NCBI GenBank assembly: GCA_964035545.1
Contig: OZ037766.1
Span: 14,746,722 to 14,810,721, forward strand
Source of the DNA: Bugula neritina
Taxonomy: Eukaryota; Animalia; Bryozoa
Direction of reading: 5' to 3'
DNA: 64,000 bases
Made by a program: the position numbers and the translations under genes. The first letter of the stretch is position 1; each line of letters starts with the position of its first letter. The notes under the pieces are model-generated. The model was not told where the DNA came from. It searched no databases and saw only the letters and a list, made by a program, of their open reading frames with translations. This document shows positions 28,501 to 41,100 of the stretch, piece after piece.

Positions 28501-31500
28501 TATATTTTACTACATTCCTTATTTGGTTTGGAAAATTGTTAAAACTGCCTCTTTTTCAATCATATTATTTCTCTGCCGCTTCCCATTCTCATAACATTAA
28601 CCTCGATATGTTTAACAATTGATAACATATTTTATTCCTTGATATATTTTTATAGTGTTCTAATATTTTGCATATTGTTTACAGGAAGGTGATACTGGCG
28701 AAGGCGATGGAGAGGCCAAACCTTACAGTATGTAAATTTAACTTTTTACACAAAATAATTTTTCAATAGAAGGAATGCATCAAGGGTGTATAACATTTCT
28801 CACCGAATTATTTCTACATGTTCAACAGCTGCACAAGACTTTTTTAAACGTTTGCTGTTTTTGTTGCAGTATTTCTACTAAAATAGCTACTTGGCTTTTA
28901 CAAAGAAATTTATATTTGTATATCCTAATGTATACAACGAAACAGAGTTATGTTTAATATTTTTTGCTAAAAACCAGTCGCCAAAACTGAAAATATTCAG
29001 AACCATTTGTTGGTTTGGGGCATCTAGTTAGTCACCCCTACTCTGCATGGTTTAGTTTATTATTGAGCATATGTCTTATAGATTTGAAACCAGGAGTAAA
29101 GTTGGTGACGGATAAAGACATTGAACTCGACCCTACCATTACGCTGATCCCTGTAAATGACGAAGATAAGCTCAAGTTCTTCTGTCTCATGTGTAGAGTT
29201 GCTTTGCTTACAGAAGAGGTGTGTTACATCTGCCATCACTTTTATACAGGCAGCTTATTGGCTGGGTGTAGTTTATATCTAGTTTTTAGACAGTTCATAG
29301 CAAAATTAGTATTTGAGTAGTATTTAGATAATTCTCCTCTGAAAATGAAGTTCTGCATTGTGATTTCTCCAACTTGGTAAGCAGTCTTGTGATATCTACT
29401 CAGTGAACAATTATAGCTACTACATGCATTGGTTAATTGTATACAATAGAATAAATCTGACCTCGGAATTTCTACAGGAATTAGTACTTATTCTGCTCTA
29501 TGCTAAGTCTCTGTTGCAGAATAAACTGTGTCATGATTGGTCACCTACCCATTTAAAGAAAGTCCAGGAGCTAGCAGACTTGGCCAAAAACAAGTCAGAT
29601 GATGTGGCATTGTGTGAACCATGTGGGGTAAATTACCAGTTGTAGAATTAGTTTTTATTTGCATTGTACAGTAAGTGATGAATTGTGAGTGAATCATGAG
29701 TTGTGAGTGAATCATGAGTTGTGAGTGAGTTATGAGTTGTGAAGGAGTTATGAGTTGTGAGTTATGAATAAGGCAGTTTATAATTAATGTTAATAAACAT
29801 GTTTGTAGGTGCTGCATAAAGCTGAAGAGGAAACTGACCACAAGGCGACAGAACAACATGAAGATAACATTCACTGGAGACTGGCAGTGTGTGATATTTG
29901 TGTGTGTAAATACAATGACATCTCCAGCTTGGAGAAGCACTTCCTCTCCAGCAGACATCGGAAGCAGCTAGACAAGGTCAAAAGCAACGGGATGGAACCA
30001 GACGCTCTCGTATGTCATACTTCATACTTACTACTAAAATAGGGCTTTAAGTACTCTTCAAGTGTAACTGTTGTTTTTGTACTAGCCTATTACAAGATGT
30101 ACATACATCATGGAATGTGAAAATATACAATAAATAGTTTGTATTTGACCAGGTTATTGTTAATTTTTTTACCAACTGTGTTTCAGACTGAATTCTTTGA
30201 GAATGTCAACTCGCAGCTTGCGGTGAAAAGAGCTTCTTTTTGTCTGATTTGTACTACTTCCTGTGGGAATTCCGAGGTTAGATCTATTTTATTGTATACA
30301 AATAACCAATGCATGTAGTAAGCTATAATTGTTCACTGAGTAGACATTACAAGACTGTTGACCAAGACTGCTAGTACAACTAAATAATATGTCTCAGCTA
30401 GCCTGCTGGCATAGGCCTATTGTTCAAGTTAGGAGTTTTTAATACTCGAGTAAACTCGAAAATTAAATAACTAAACCTAATCTCTCTTTATGTAGTGAGT
30501 ATAAAAGAATATTGTTGACTACTGAAATAAGTTTTAGTGTGTTCATTCCTGAGGCGTCACCACACATCACTGAGAAATAGTTGCACTGTCCAATACAGCT
30601 GTCAAGGGCACACAATTCTTATGTGTCTGTCACACATCGCCGCTTTGTGAAGTGTTGAACTACTCATGAGTTTTTTTTATTCAATTTAATACCAAGATCT
30701 TCATTTAGAACCTGGAGGTTCACAATGTGTTGTCTGAGTCGTTCCACAAGCGCATGGCTGAGAAGGCGTCTGAAGCAGGAGAGAACCAGTTCTACTGCTA
30801 CTGTTGTGATGTAAGTGTTTCTACTGTTATATAATTAAAGTACGCCATGCATCACAATGTATAATTTGATATTTGTATTTCTAATATGCTTGCTGCAAAT
30901 GTTTGTTGGGATATTTGTGTAAGGATATATAATTTATGTTTCTAGGTGATACTCAACGAATCAGATAGAAGGTTTCATGGCAAAAGCACAAAACATCGAA
31001 CTCTCAAAGGGAATGGGCGTAGTTTCAGGTGCGAGGATTGTGATATGAAGTTAGATGAGGAATTCAAGCTAAATTCTCACATGCGTAGCAAGTCACACCT
31101 TAGAAAGGTTGTTATTATTCATCATTGAACCTGTATTTGTTACATTTATTATATTTTACTTTTTCCTGAAGCCCCAAGGAATGGGACTTCACTCTAGTTG
31201 TATTTTGGCCTAGCAATATTTGCTCTGCTGTTTAGCTCACACTAGAGTGTAGGTAGAGGCGAGTAGTGACGCTGTATCTTATAAACTGCCAGCAAGGAAG
31301 CCGCAGTTGAAAATTAATAGGAATTTCTATGAAAACCTAAGTATTTAACTATCCAATCAGTGTGGGGCGTCTTGATATTTATAAAAACACCTGCTGATTG
31401 CGGTTAAGTATTTGAGTTTCTGTATTGTTGAGTGACTCTCGATGTGGTTGAGTAAAACCAGCTTTGACCTTAAATAAAATGACATTAAAACTGTAGAACA

Positions 31501-34500
31501 TTCTAGAAGGAAATGTATTGCCGTAGTTACAAGTATGTTTACCGTATATTTTATATATTATAAGAGTAGATGGTGTAAATTTTAGATCCGCGTGTGTATT
31601 GCACATGTTGGTACCTAAATCTTAACATATGCAATATTATAAGCACATTATGCAATGTACACTCCCTGTTACTCTAACTGGACAGAGTGGAGATAGGTGA
31701 CGATTATGTAATGTACACTTACTTATATTGCAGGTTGAAAGAAGAAAGGCCTTACAAGAATATGCTAAAGCATCTGTTATAGTTGAGTGGAAAGAAAAGC
31801 AGTTGAAGGCAGCAAAAAAGATCATTGGTTGGTTGTGTTATGTGTGCAGTGGTAATCTGTAGACAATACTGTAGTTAGTAATGTAGCATACATTGTACTG
31901 TAATTAGTAATGTAGCATACATAGTACTGTAGTTAGTGATGTAGTATACATTGTACTGTAGTTAGTGATGTAGTATACATTGTACTGTAGTTAGTGATGT
32001 AGTATACATTGTACTGTAGTTAGTGATGTAGTATACATTGTACTGTAGTTGGTGATGTAGTATACATTGTATATAGGTACTTATGTAATATGCACTAAAC
32101 TCAGTAGTACTAATGTTGTACAGACATTGCTATAGTTAATAATGTTGTATTAATTATACTATATTTAGTATTGCAGTGTATATTTAGTGATTTTTGCTAA
32201 CTAGAAAAGAATTATATCGTAATAGTCTCAAGAGGTCATGTATGCTGTAAAGTCTTTATAGGCTGCAATAGTCATCACCTTATGTCGAAATCTTGTATTG
32301 AGTGATAACTGATAAGATTATTCCACAATAATAAAATGTATCATAGTCGTTGTGTCTAGAAACTTGCATTGTATAAATATGCTTTGCAATTAGCAATTAA
32401 TATTTCATTTGAAGGGTTCAAGTTTTCCTATAATTATGCAAGAGGTCTCGTTGTAGCACGCTAGTGCACTGTATGGTTTTAGACTTTTTCTTTCTACTAT
32501 TTCACTTTCATGTCTTTAGGAAAGTTTAAACGCATTTAGTGAAATTAAAGTGAGTTGATTTGCAAGAGAATGAAAAGCATTTTCTAATTATCGGGATTGA
32601 TGTTCTTCTTCTGTGTTTCTAGTATTTGCTCACTTTAAATATTTGCTCAGAAAAGTTTGGAGCTTTACTAAGTTATGCCTTGTGAGAAAGGGTTTAGTGG
32701 AATTGTCTGCCCTTATATATTTTTTATCAAACTGTAATTGTATTAGTAGATAAGCTGCAGAGAAAGCAAGAGAATGAAGAGGATCAAAGTACAGCCAATC
32801 AACAGCCTGCTGAGATTAACAGCAGTAGGTCTTTCCTCACTGTTAAACTATTAAACGCTGGTTGGTCAATGCGTAATAGCTTCATTTCTTCATATTTCAT
32901 GCATTTTTTATTTTCTGTGTCATAATACATATAATTTCATAATTTTCAAGTGAAAATATGTTTTGTCTCAGTTTGTACTAAATTAAGGAAATTGACCAAT
33001 AATTATAAGTATGATCCGATGCTATTATATTTATGGCTTATAGAACGTTCATGTATAATATAATAGTTTGTATGCCTTTCAAAGATGTGTAATTATCTCC
33101 CTTGTATTCAGATACAGATGTGATACCCGTTGCTGGAGATTTCTGCTCTCTCTGTAATGTCTTCTACCTATTTGATGCCGCAGTTGATGAGCTTTGTCTT
33201 CACGTCCAGAAGTCACGGGTGAGCATCCAGTGTTCCATTCATGCAGGCATAAACTCGTACTGCAAGTGCTCCTTAATGCCACCTCGTGTTTGCTATTTAT
33301 TAGTGATATTATAGCAGCATGTTTGAATTGTTTATGCATGTCTAATGATTAAAACAATGATCAGGTCAAGTGTTTCAGTGTCCACTTTTCAACAGTATTC
33401 TAAATATGAAACTTTAAAAGGTTCGCAGAAGCAATATAAGTCTGGATTTCTAAATGATATCGCCAGCTGTTCTTAGTAATAAACATATGCAATCATTACT
33501 CTGCATTAGTTGGCTGGATTTTCTTCTAGTGAATTTTCACATAACAGCAAAAAATAGAAAAATACATGTTGTTACTTTTAGTAGCCTTTTCATTCGGCTT
33601 AGAATCTTATGCTATCAGATAGTCCTCTTAGCTGAGCAACAACTTTAGCTCAGCTGAGATACTTTTTTACACAACTTGAGTACTTCACAAACTTTGCTGA
33701 AATAAAGTAGAATTCTCTAGAATAGTTTATCTGACAACCACAATGTTGCTATATGAATATATTACAGCTGGGTGCTAGTTGTGCTGTAGCATTAAGAGTT
33801 TGTACTTTTCTTGCAGGGTATTTATAAGGCATGTGTAGAAACTGAGGATAACGTGTCTGCGGACAAGAATATTGACAGCTGTGAGGATGTGGAGGTAGTT
33901 AATGAAGATGAATCTGGTGTAGTGTCCTTCCTTAAAGGGAGTTTCCTGTTGACTTGGTGTGGTTTAATGGCATTAATGTGATAGTGTGTTGTAGTAAAAT
34001 AGTTCTATTGTAATATAGTGTTGTATAGTGAAATGATAGTCTAGTACCATATGTAATGATAAAGTGTAATATAAGTATATCTAGAATTTCAATTTTTATA
34101 ATCAGCCATCGACCTAGCCTGTTGTTTTTTGGCTTGACAATTAGATTTTTTTCTGTTTCTGGGAATGGAATTTTTGTTGACACCAGTTTAAGAAGTATTA
34201 CACACATTATCTGTCGTTGTTTATCAGTGTTGGTATTGTTCTAGAAGGAAGATGGAGAGGAACAGCAGGTGGGGGAAGAATATGATTTGATAGCAGATGC
34301 TGAGTTACATGAAGCGGGGAAAGATATTACTGGAGAAACAGGGGAAGAAGCAGATGAAGAAGCAGATAAGGTAGTCGAAGGAGAAGCAGATAAAGTCGCA
34401 GAAGGGGACACAGATGAAGTAGCAGAAAGTGAAGCAGATGTAATAGTAAAGGAGGAAGCAGTTGAAGTTGTACAGAATAAAGCAACGGATGAAGTTGATG

Positions 34501-35211
34501 AAGCAGCGGGTGAAGTTGCAGATGAAATGGCAGATAATATTGCAAATGATTGTGATGAAGATGTAGTTGTGAAGATAGAAGGAGAGGGTGTGGCCGGAGC
34601 AGACGGATCTGCAGGTACCAAGTCTGGTGAGTGAATGTCTCACTATTGAAATTGTGCGCATGTGAATGCCAACTGTGTCATCTTTTCATTTAAAGAAGTG
34701 ATGAGTTTCACTGGCACCTTTTTTTAGTTTTACTGACACTCATTAAAGTCATATTGATATGGAAAGTCACCCTACTAATTGTAATACATGACTTTACTTG
34801 CTTGATGATGTTTAAAAATAGTCATTGCGATTAAATAAGATGTATAATTACACAACTTAAAGTTTTTAGTTTTTACTTTCTAGCTTTATTCAATGCCCTT
34901 TGAGTAATTTATTTAATAAAGGAAGTAGTTAACTATCAATAACTAAAATCTGTCCTTTAACTGGAAATGTGTCAGTAAAGTAAGTGAGCATAAGCAATAC
35001 TTTTGACCATATGCTTTTATAAGGCGGAACAACTAGGTGAAATTGTCTACTCATCAAATTCAATTTTTGACTGAAAATTGTGAAGCTATAAACTACAGAC
35101 AGTGTTCTGTGTTGTTATTCCATAGTTTACAAGTAAATAATAATATGGTTGGAACTAATTTACGTCATCACTTGTATGATTCTTACAGAGCCAGCTACTG
35201 GAGATGTGTAA
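25557..35211 (+). CDS. Multi matrin/U1-type (C2H2, HxxxxxH) zinc-finger protein with Ala/Pro/Tyr-rich N-terminus, RGG/RG-rich region and acidic C-terminus; ZFR/ZNF346/ZNF385-like RNA-binding architecture
   Basis: About 22 exons from ATG 25557 (MSTYSFSQWPPAP...) to TAA 35209-35211. Fingers assembled across exons: CTVC..HLRGRRH, CLMC..HDWSPTH, CEPC..HKATEQH, CDIC..HFLSSRH, CLIC..HNVLSESFH, CYCC..HGKSTKH, CEDC..HMRSKSH, plus a degenerate CSLC finger at ~33150. RG-rich exon at 26672-27006; acidic exon at 34245-34627. Confidence 0.85.
28268..28351. mobile_element. 48-bp GC-rich insertion flanked by an 18-bp direct repeat; probable severely 5'-truncated non-LTR retroelement tail
   Basis: ATACTTGTTTACCCTATC at 28268-28285 and 28334-28351. 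The insert ends in (AAAGGTGACC)x2. Confidence 0.65.
29677..29768. repeat. Intronic minisatellite, ~18-bp unit x ~5
   Basis: Tandem ATGAGTTGTGAGTGAATC-type units. Confidence 0.8.
31867..32069. repeat. Intronic minisatellite, 29-bp unit x 7
   Basis: TACTGTAGTTAGT(G/A)ATGTAG(T/C)ATACATTG repeated head to tail with no spacers. Confidence 0.92.
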
Positions 35212-38171
35212 TAACTGAGGTTCAGATGAGTACAACATAAGTTACGGTTAGTCTTATATTCTTCAACTGATTTTCAAGTTATATAAAATTTTGTTCTCTA
35301 ATAATGACGATTTTTTGATAGTGTGGTTTGCAGGGTTTTTCATTTAGACATATTTGATCTTTATGAGAAGAAATTCTTGTTGGTATTCCTTGTAGACTTC
35401 CAAATGGAAATTTATTGCTTTACCTAGTCTTAATAGCTAATAAAATGGTAAGTAGTTTTCTTGACAATGATGGGAATAGTAAAATAGCTTTCCCACGTAC
35501 TGGTAGGGTTTTTCATATTTTTTTACGAAATAAGTTATTAATAGGGTTTTGGGCTGTATCTCTCTCTCAGAATAATTACGAATTCAATAAAATATTTTTC
35601 AGAAGAAAGCATCCAGTTGCAAAATCACCGGTTTAGTGTTGGCCATCTTACGCAGAGTTTGCTGTTTACACTACCGACTATTACTATTTTTTTCAACTTG
35701 AAACAAAATACATCATCACAAATTTAATTTTCACTCATATCTTATTTCAATTTGCCATATTAAACAGTATTCATGTACTTTATTCTCTTTTCTTGCAGAT
35801 ATAATTGCCTACTATGAGGGTGTGGTGTTACAGAGTTCTATGAAATGAAAGGTACATATCTGTTGAATTGTTGACGATATTATCCACCAATTATCCACCT
35901 AACTTTCTAACACTTGGAACAAGAATCCCCTTAACTCTTGTCATCTATGGCATGAAATGCATTTAATTTATCAAAGAAGCTTAAATTTGATATAATTTTA
36001 GCAATTTCAAAGCTGCTTCAGCTTGAATTTTAAATCCTCGGAGACCTGTTTGGAAATAGTTATATATTCCATATGCCATGAACCTGTGTACTCATGCTAT
36101 CCACTGTATACTCTGTGATCAGATTGCACATTTTAAGCCTTCGTATTGTTTTTGAGACAATATTTCAAATTTAGAAATTGATATTAAATTTGCTAATTTA
36201 CTCCATTGCAATAAAATTATTATTTCTTTGTGTAACTTTATGGTCCTGTGTTAATAAAATGTGCAATTTTATAGCCAACCGTTCATCTATTTAAGACATG
36301 TACTTCAGATCCACAGCAGCACCTCTGTGTGTTTGGAAAAGATCCTCTTTTGTATAATTATGATAGTCTGAAGAGTACAAACATGTGGTCTGCACCAAAC
36401 AAGGCTATACTGCCCAAATCTTCTGTCCCCACCATTACCAGAAATTGGTGTCAGTTTTTAAGTAAATATTTACTTCTAGTCCTACCTCACAGTCGTAACA
36501 GCTGGCTCCACACAGCTTGACTATTCCTGTGTGGATGTCCTTGCTAACACTATTTATAATCTCCAAGTACACTTCATGGCTGAGCCATACAACACAGAAT
36601 TTGTACATCAAGAATAGCTTTTTCTGTGTGCTATAAAAGCGCAAGGCCATCCATCATCTGAGCTGGTCTATCCATTACCATTGGCTTGGTGTTTCTGCAA
36701 TGCAACACCGCCATAGCACTGCTATAAGACAGTTTCACAGCTGTCTACCACCCAGTGCACTCTGCCTGACCCTGTGTTGACCTTCACTCTGACCTAAGTT
36801 TATCGTAAAAGCAGAGGTTTGCAACCAATCACATCTGTTAGATGGTAATCTGGCTGTAGTATGGATATGAACCACCTACCAAAGCTAAACCTCTAGCTCA
36901 TGGTTTATTACTACAAGCTGCCATAAATTGAAGACCTGCACTAGGTTGGTACATGAAACAAGATGAGAGTGTTTCTCGTATATGATATAGCATAAGCCCA
37001 CTAACCTCACAACTTCTACTCTTTAGTAAATTAAACCAAACATTTATAAGCTTTACAGTTTTAGAGTTTGTTTAAAATTTGTACTCTTACTATGGTTAAA
37101 TTTTCTATTTAGTTTGCTAGTTTTTCTTAGCTATTTTTATCTGAAGTTGGTGGGTTTGAGCTTAATCTAAAATGAGAAATAATTTTTCATTCTGTTTTGT
37201 TTTGTGCTGATTATTAACCAGGTTCATGTTGCTTCAATATGTTCACCTACAGTATGTAGATACTATAGTTTTTTCTGCTCACTCTATCAGTTAATCAACA
37301 GTTTACTTTACACCACAATTCTATTTATTTACTTTTATTTCATTCTTGTTTTTTAGGGCCAACAATAAAAAAACATGTAAGTAGTTGCCTTGTTGTATCT
37401 GTTGGGGGATAATAAAGGTATGTATAACAGTGCAATGTTTCAGGTGTAATAATCAGTATTATTGGTTATTTATTATTTAACTGTACTACCCAAGAAATTT
37501 GATAATTTTATCCATTTCAACCCAAATTGCAGGCTAGATATCCTTTATCTAGTGATAATTATTACTGAATTAAGCAATTTAGATTGTATAAAAAATAGTG
37601 TTTAAAATAATATATTTTTATGTCAGGTCTTGTTATTGTATGGTGGTTTATATGCAAATAACTATTTTAAGATCAGAATACATCAAGCACAGGTTTCTAG
37701 AAAAATGACCAAAATTTGAGTAATTTATCCTCTACTGACATAACCATACAGCCATCTTTCATTTCTGGCTGTGTAATTCACTATGACAAATGGATAACGA
37801 TAAACCCAAATATATTTTTAGCTACCCCAATAACCACCAACCTAGTAAACCGCCAGGCATTAGTTTTGTTATGGAGATTGATAAGTTTTGTGAGAAGGTT
37901 CATCTATGTGCGTATGCTGCATTAACTGGCATGTTGCCAATAAACGTGGAACAACTAGACTTACCTCCTTACAAGCCGTCACATTAAGGTTGGGACTATT
38001 AACCAGTATTAGTTCAAATCATTCATATTATCTTTATTATCACGAAACATCACAGAGTTTATTTAATACATGATATTTCTCAAACAAATAACAGAAAAAC
38101 AAAAAGATTGACACACAAATACATGTAATGGACTCTATAAACTTTATGTTGTAGCCTGGCTCTCTGAAAAC

Positions 38172-41100
38172 TTAGGCGCATTCTACCGGGTCGTGTTTAC
38201 CTCTCATTCTATATACCTATAGAAACAAAAAAGGTTTTATGGTTAGTTTTATGTAAAATGTGTAAATAACAAAGTTGAATTGAAGCATTTTTGCAAGTAT
38301 GGCCAAGTCAAAAAGAATCCCGAACTCTAACAACATAGTATTTTTTTCACTTAATTAGTTTATCACTATTTACTTGTTAGCTTCTTTCTTACACAACATA
38401 TACATTGTTTGGTTTATTAAAATCTTTATTTTGTTATATTTTCATATTCTTTCAGTCTTTCCATTACCGTTGGGCTGATGTACACTTACCGTTGGACTAA
38501 TGTACAAGTACTGTTGGACTAATGTGCACTTACTGTTGGACTGATGTGCACTTACCGTTGGGCTGATGTCATAAACTTGGTGTATCAGCATGTTTCTTGT
38601 AACCAAAGGTCTAGCTGAGCATGCTGGCTGTACAATGCCTGCTTCATTATCGTTACTATTGGTGTACTTGGCTGATTCATAGTAATGGCCTTCGTGAGCT
38701 AAGCAGGTTCTAACTGTGCGACGCCATTCTTCTGCCTAATTTGATATTTATTTATATAAGGTTAAAAAATATGGCCAAATCTAATGAAGCATATTTAATG
38801 TTTTATGTACTGTTTTAAAAATTAAGTTTTATTTGACAGTTGAACATATTTTATCAAACATTATATGTCTTCCTTTATCTAATAAATGGTATTCCACAAA
38901 CAAATTATACCCACAAGTGAATGATACACATGCGCTTCCACATTTTTTCTGTACGTGTTATTAGAATCAAATACTTTTTCTGGGATTTTTTGTTTGATTA
39001 TCAACTATATTTGTAACAAAATTTCTCAAAAAGCAATGCTACACATTTGCTTCCATGGAAACAATTATAAAAGACCATATTGTATACATACAGCGCTAGC
39101 TGTATCACGGTACCTAGGTAAATTTTGATGATAGATTGTGCAATGCATCAGAAAATAGCAGATGTTAAACTCACCCTATCGGCATTAGCATAGCGGTCAT
39201 GATAGGTACTGAGTGCATATGACGGAGTTACGATCTCGACGTCATGCAGTGCTTCTTGCGGTGTACACTCGACCACTCCATGTGCTAAACAAGGATCCTT
39301 CTCTGATTGGCACAGTGTGTGGACACAACTCATAGAAGGTGTTCTTGTGATGCTCTTTGTACACTTCTGCATCTGGTGCAGCTGTTATTACAAATAATTA
39401 ATTTTCTCATGTGTACATAAAGATATTCAAACATGACTTGTATGCTGCTAATAAATGAAATAACTACAGGTTGACTGGGATAATTCCCTCCTAACTAACA
39501 CTGCATGGGCACAGAGTTTAAATCATATATACACATGTAAAAATAAAATTTATGGGTCAACCATCCACTAAAATGACGAGCTTAGTGATCAACTGTATTG
39601 CCATCTCAAGAGTTACTTTTTATATAAGTATTAGAAGATATGATTTTGCTGTACTTTATAAGAAATCCATCAATTTACAATGCAGAAAGAAATAACAGTC
39701 CAAAAACTACCTCCTTCAATATCCTATGATAACATACCTGTAGACATCTATTTTCCCCTATGTTTTGTTAATCAAATATATACATATAATGATGGTGACA
39801 TATATATTTTCACATTGGGTAGCTTCATTACATATAATATAAAAAGTGCTAGACAGCAGTACACCTCCACACCATATATATATATATGCTTCAAATATAA
39901 TAATCAGAGATATGATGATGTAGGCTAAAGCTGGTCAGCAACTATTAAGGTTGTCCAACTCAACTCTTTTGACTCTTTGCAGTGTGTATGTTGAAACTTA
40001 GCTGCTTTGACTTTTTAAAATATTGACAAGATTTCAACACATATAATATAAATGATCTAGGCTATACATAAGTTATTGTGTTTTTGCTCATTTGTTTCAC
40101 ATTGTCATTCAGCACCAATTTTTATATAGCAGAAGCTAAAGGATTTTATGAAAAGTTACTACTAGAAAAGTTATCACTTCGATTGTTGAATACAAGTCAA
40201 AATTGTTTTTCTACAAATCCTAATTCATAATCGATATGTTCACCAACAAACAAAAACACGCTAAAACATTGGCTAAATTAGAAAGCAGGTACCTACTTTA
40301 CACCTGCCTTAATCTCATGTAATCTTTTAAAGTTCTAGATTGAAGCTGTGAATATTTTTACCAATATGTTTGTATAATAATTATAATGATAAAAATGGGA
40401 AACATAATTACTATTACTATTCACTGGGAAGACAATTCACAGTACCTCGATTTGCCTGACGCAAGTTTCATCTTGTCTATCTAAAAACACAGTTTCTCCA
40501 ATCTTCAGTGCTTCTTGTGCGTCAACACACATAGACATAATGGCTGTTGCCTCCCAAGGAAAATCGCATGTTCCTAAAAGTATTTCTTGTGCATTATGCA
40601 GTGTTGTGTTGTCTGTACACAGCGTCACACCTATGAAATACAGTCAGAGTACATTTAGTAGTGTGTGTGTGTAGAAAAAGTCATGAGCCTACCAAAAGAG
40701 AGATTACAATAATTTTTATGCTGTTAAGAGATAGTTCTAAATTGTTAGTAAATTTGATATATACGTATGACCATAGCAACAATATCGAAAAGAAACTTTA
40801 GCAAAATCATATGCATTCAACTTTTTTGTCAATTAAATGACAAGCTGTTATATTATTTTATAAATATCGTTGTAAGAAAGCATAGCAAATCTGTAGTCTA
40901 GTATTTTACATTTTGTAAAACACTAACTAATTGATTATATCACATTATATCAAGCAAGATATTACATATTACATAATAAAGCTTACCATTTTCTAACTCT
41001 CTGCATACTGTTTCTTCCTCTGCCATTTCCTTCAATGTTGTTTAAAAAATATTTTTGCAAATATATTTGAACATGTAATGGGCATCAATCTATGGATGAT

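Noticed and set aside
31867-32069. 29-bp repeats as a CRISPR array
   Set aside because: The units are head to tail with no unique spacers, in a eukaryotic intron with no cas genes. It is a minisatellite.
34241-34661. Three overlapping minus-strand ORFs
   Set aside because: They are antisense shadows of the GAA/GAT-rich acidic exon of the zinc-finger gene.
36300-36900. Slightly GC-richer stretch between two convergent genes as a hidden gene or element
   Set aside because: No consistent ORF, termini, TSD or repeat partner is visible in this window.
38675-38735. EEWRRTVRTCLAHEGHYYE resembling the C-terminal motif of Tc1/mariner transposases
   Set aside because: Only ~20 aa, with no catalytic DDE/D region nearby; it cannot be distinguished from chance without a search.
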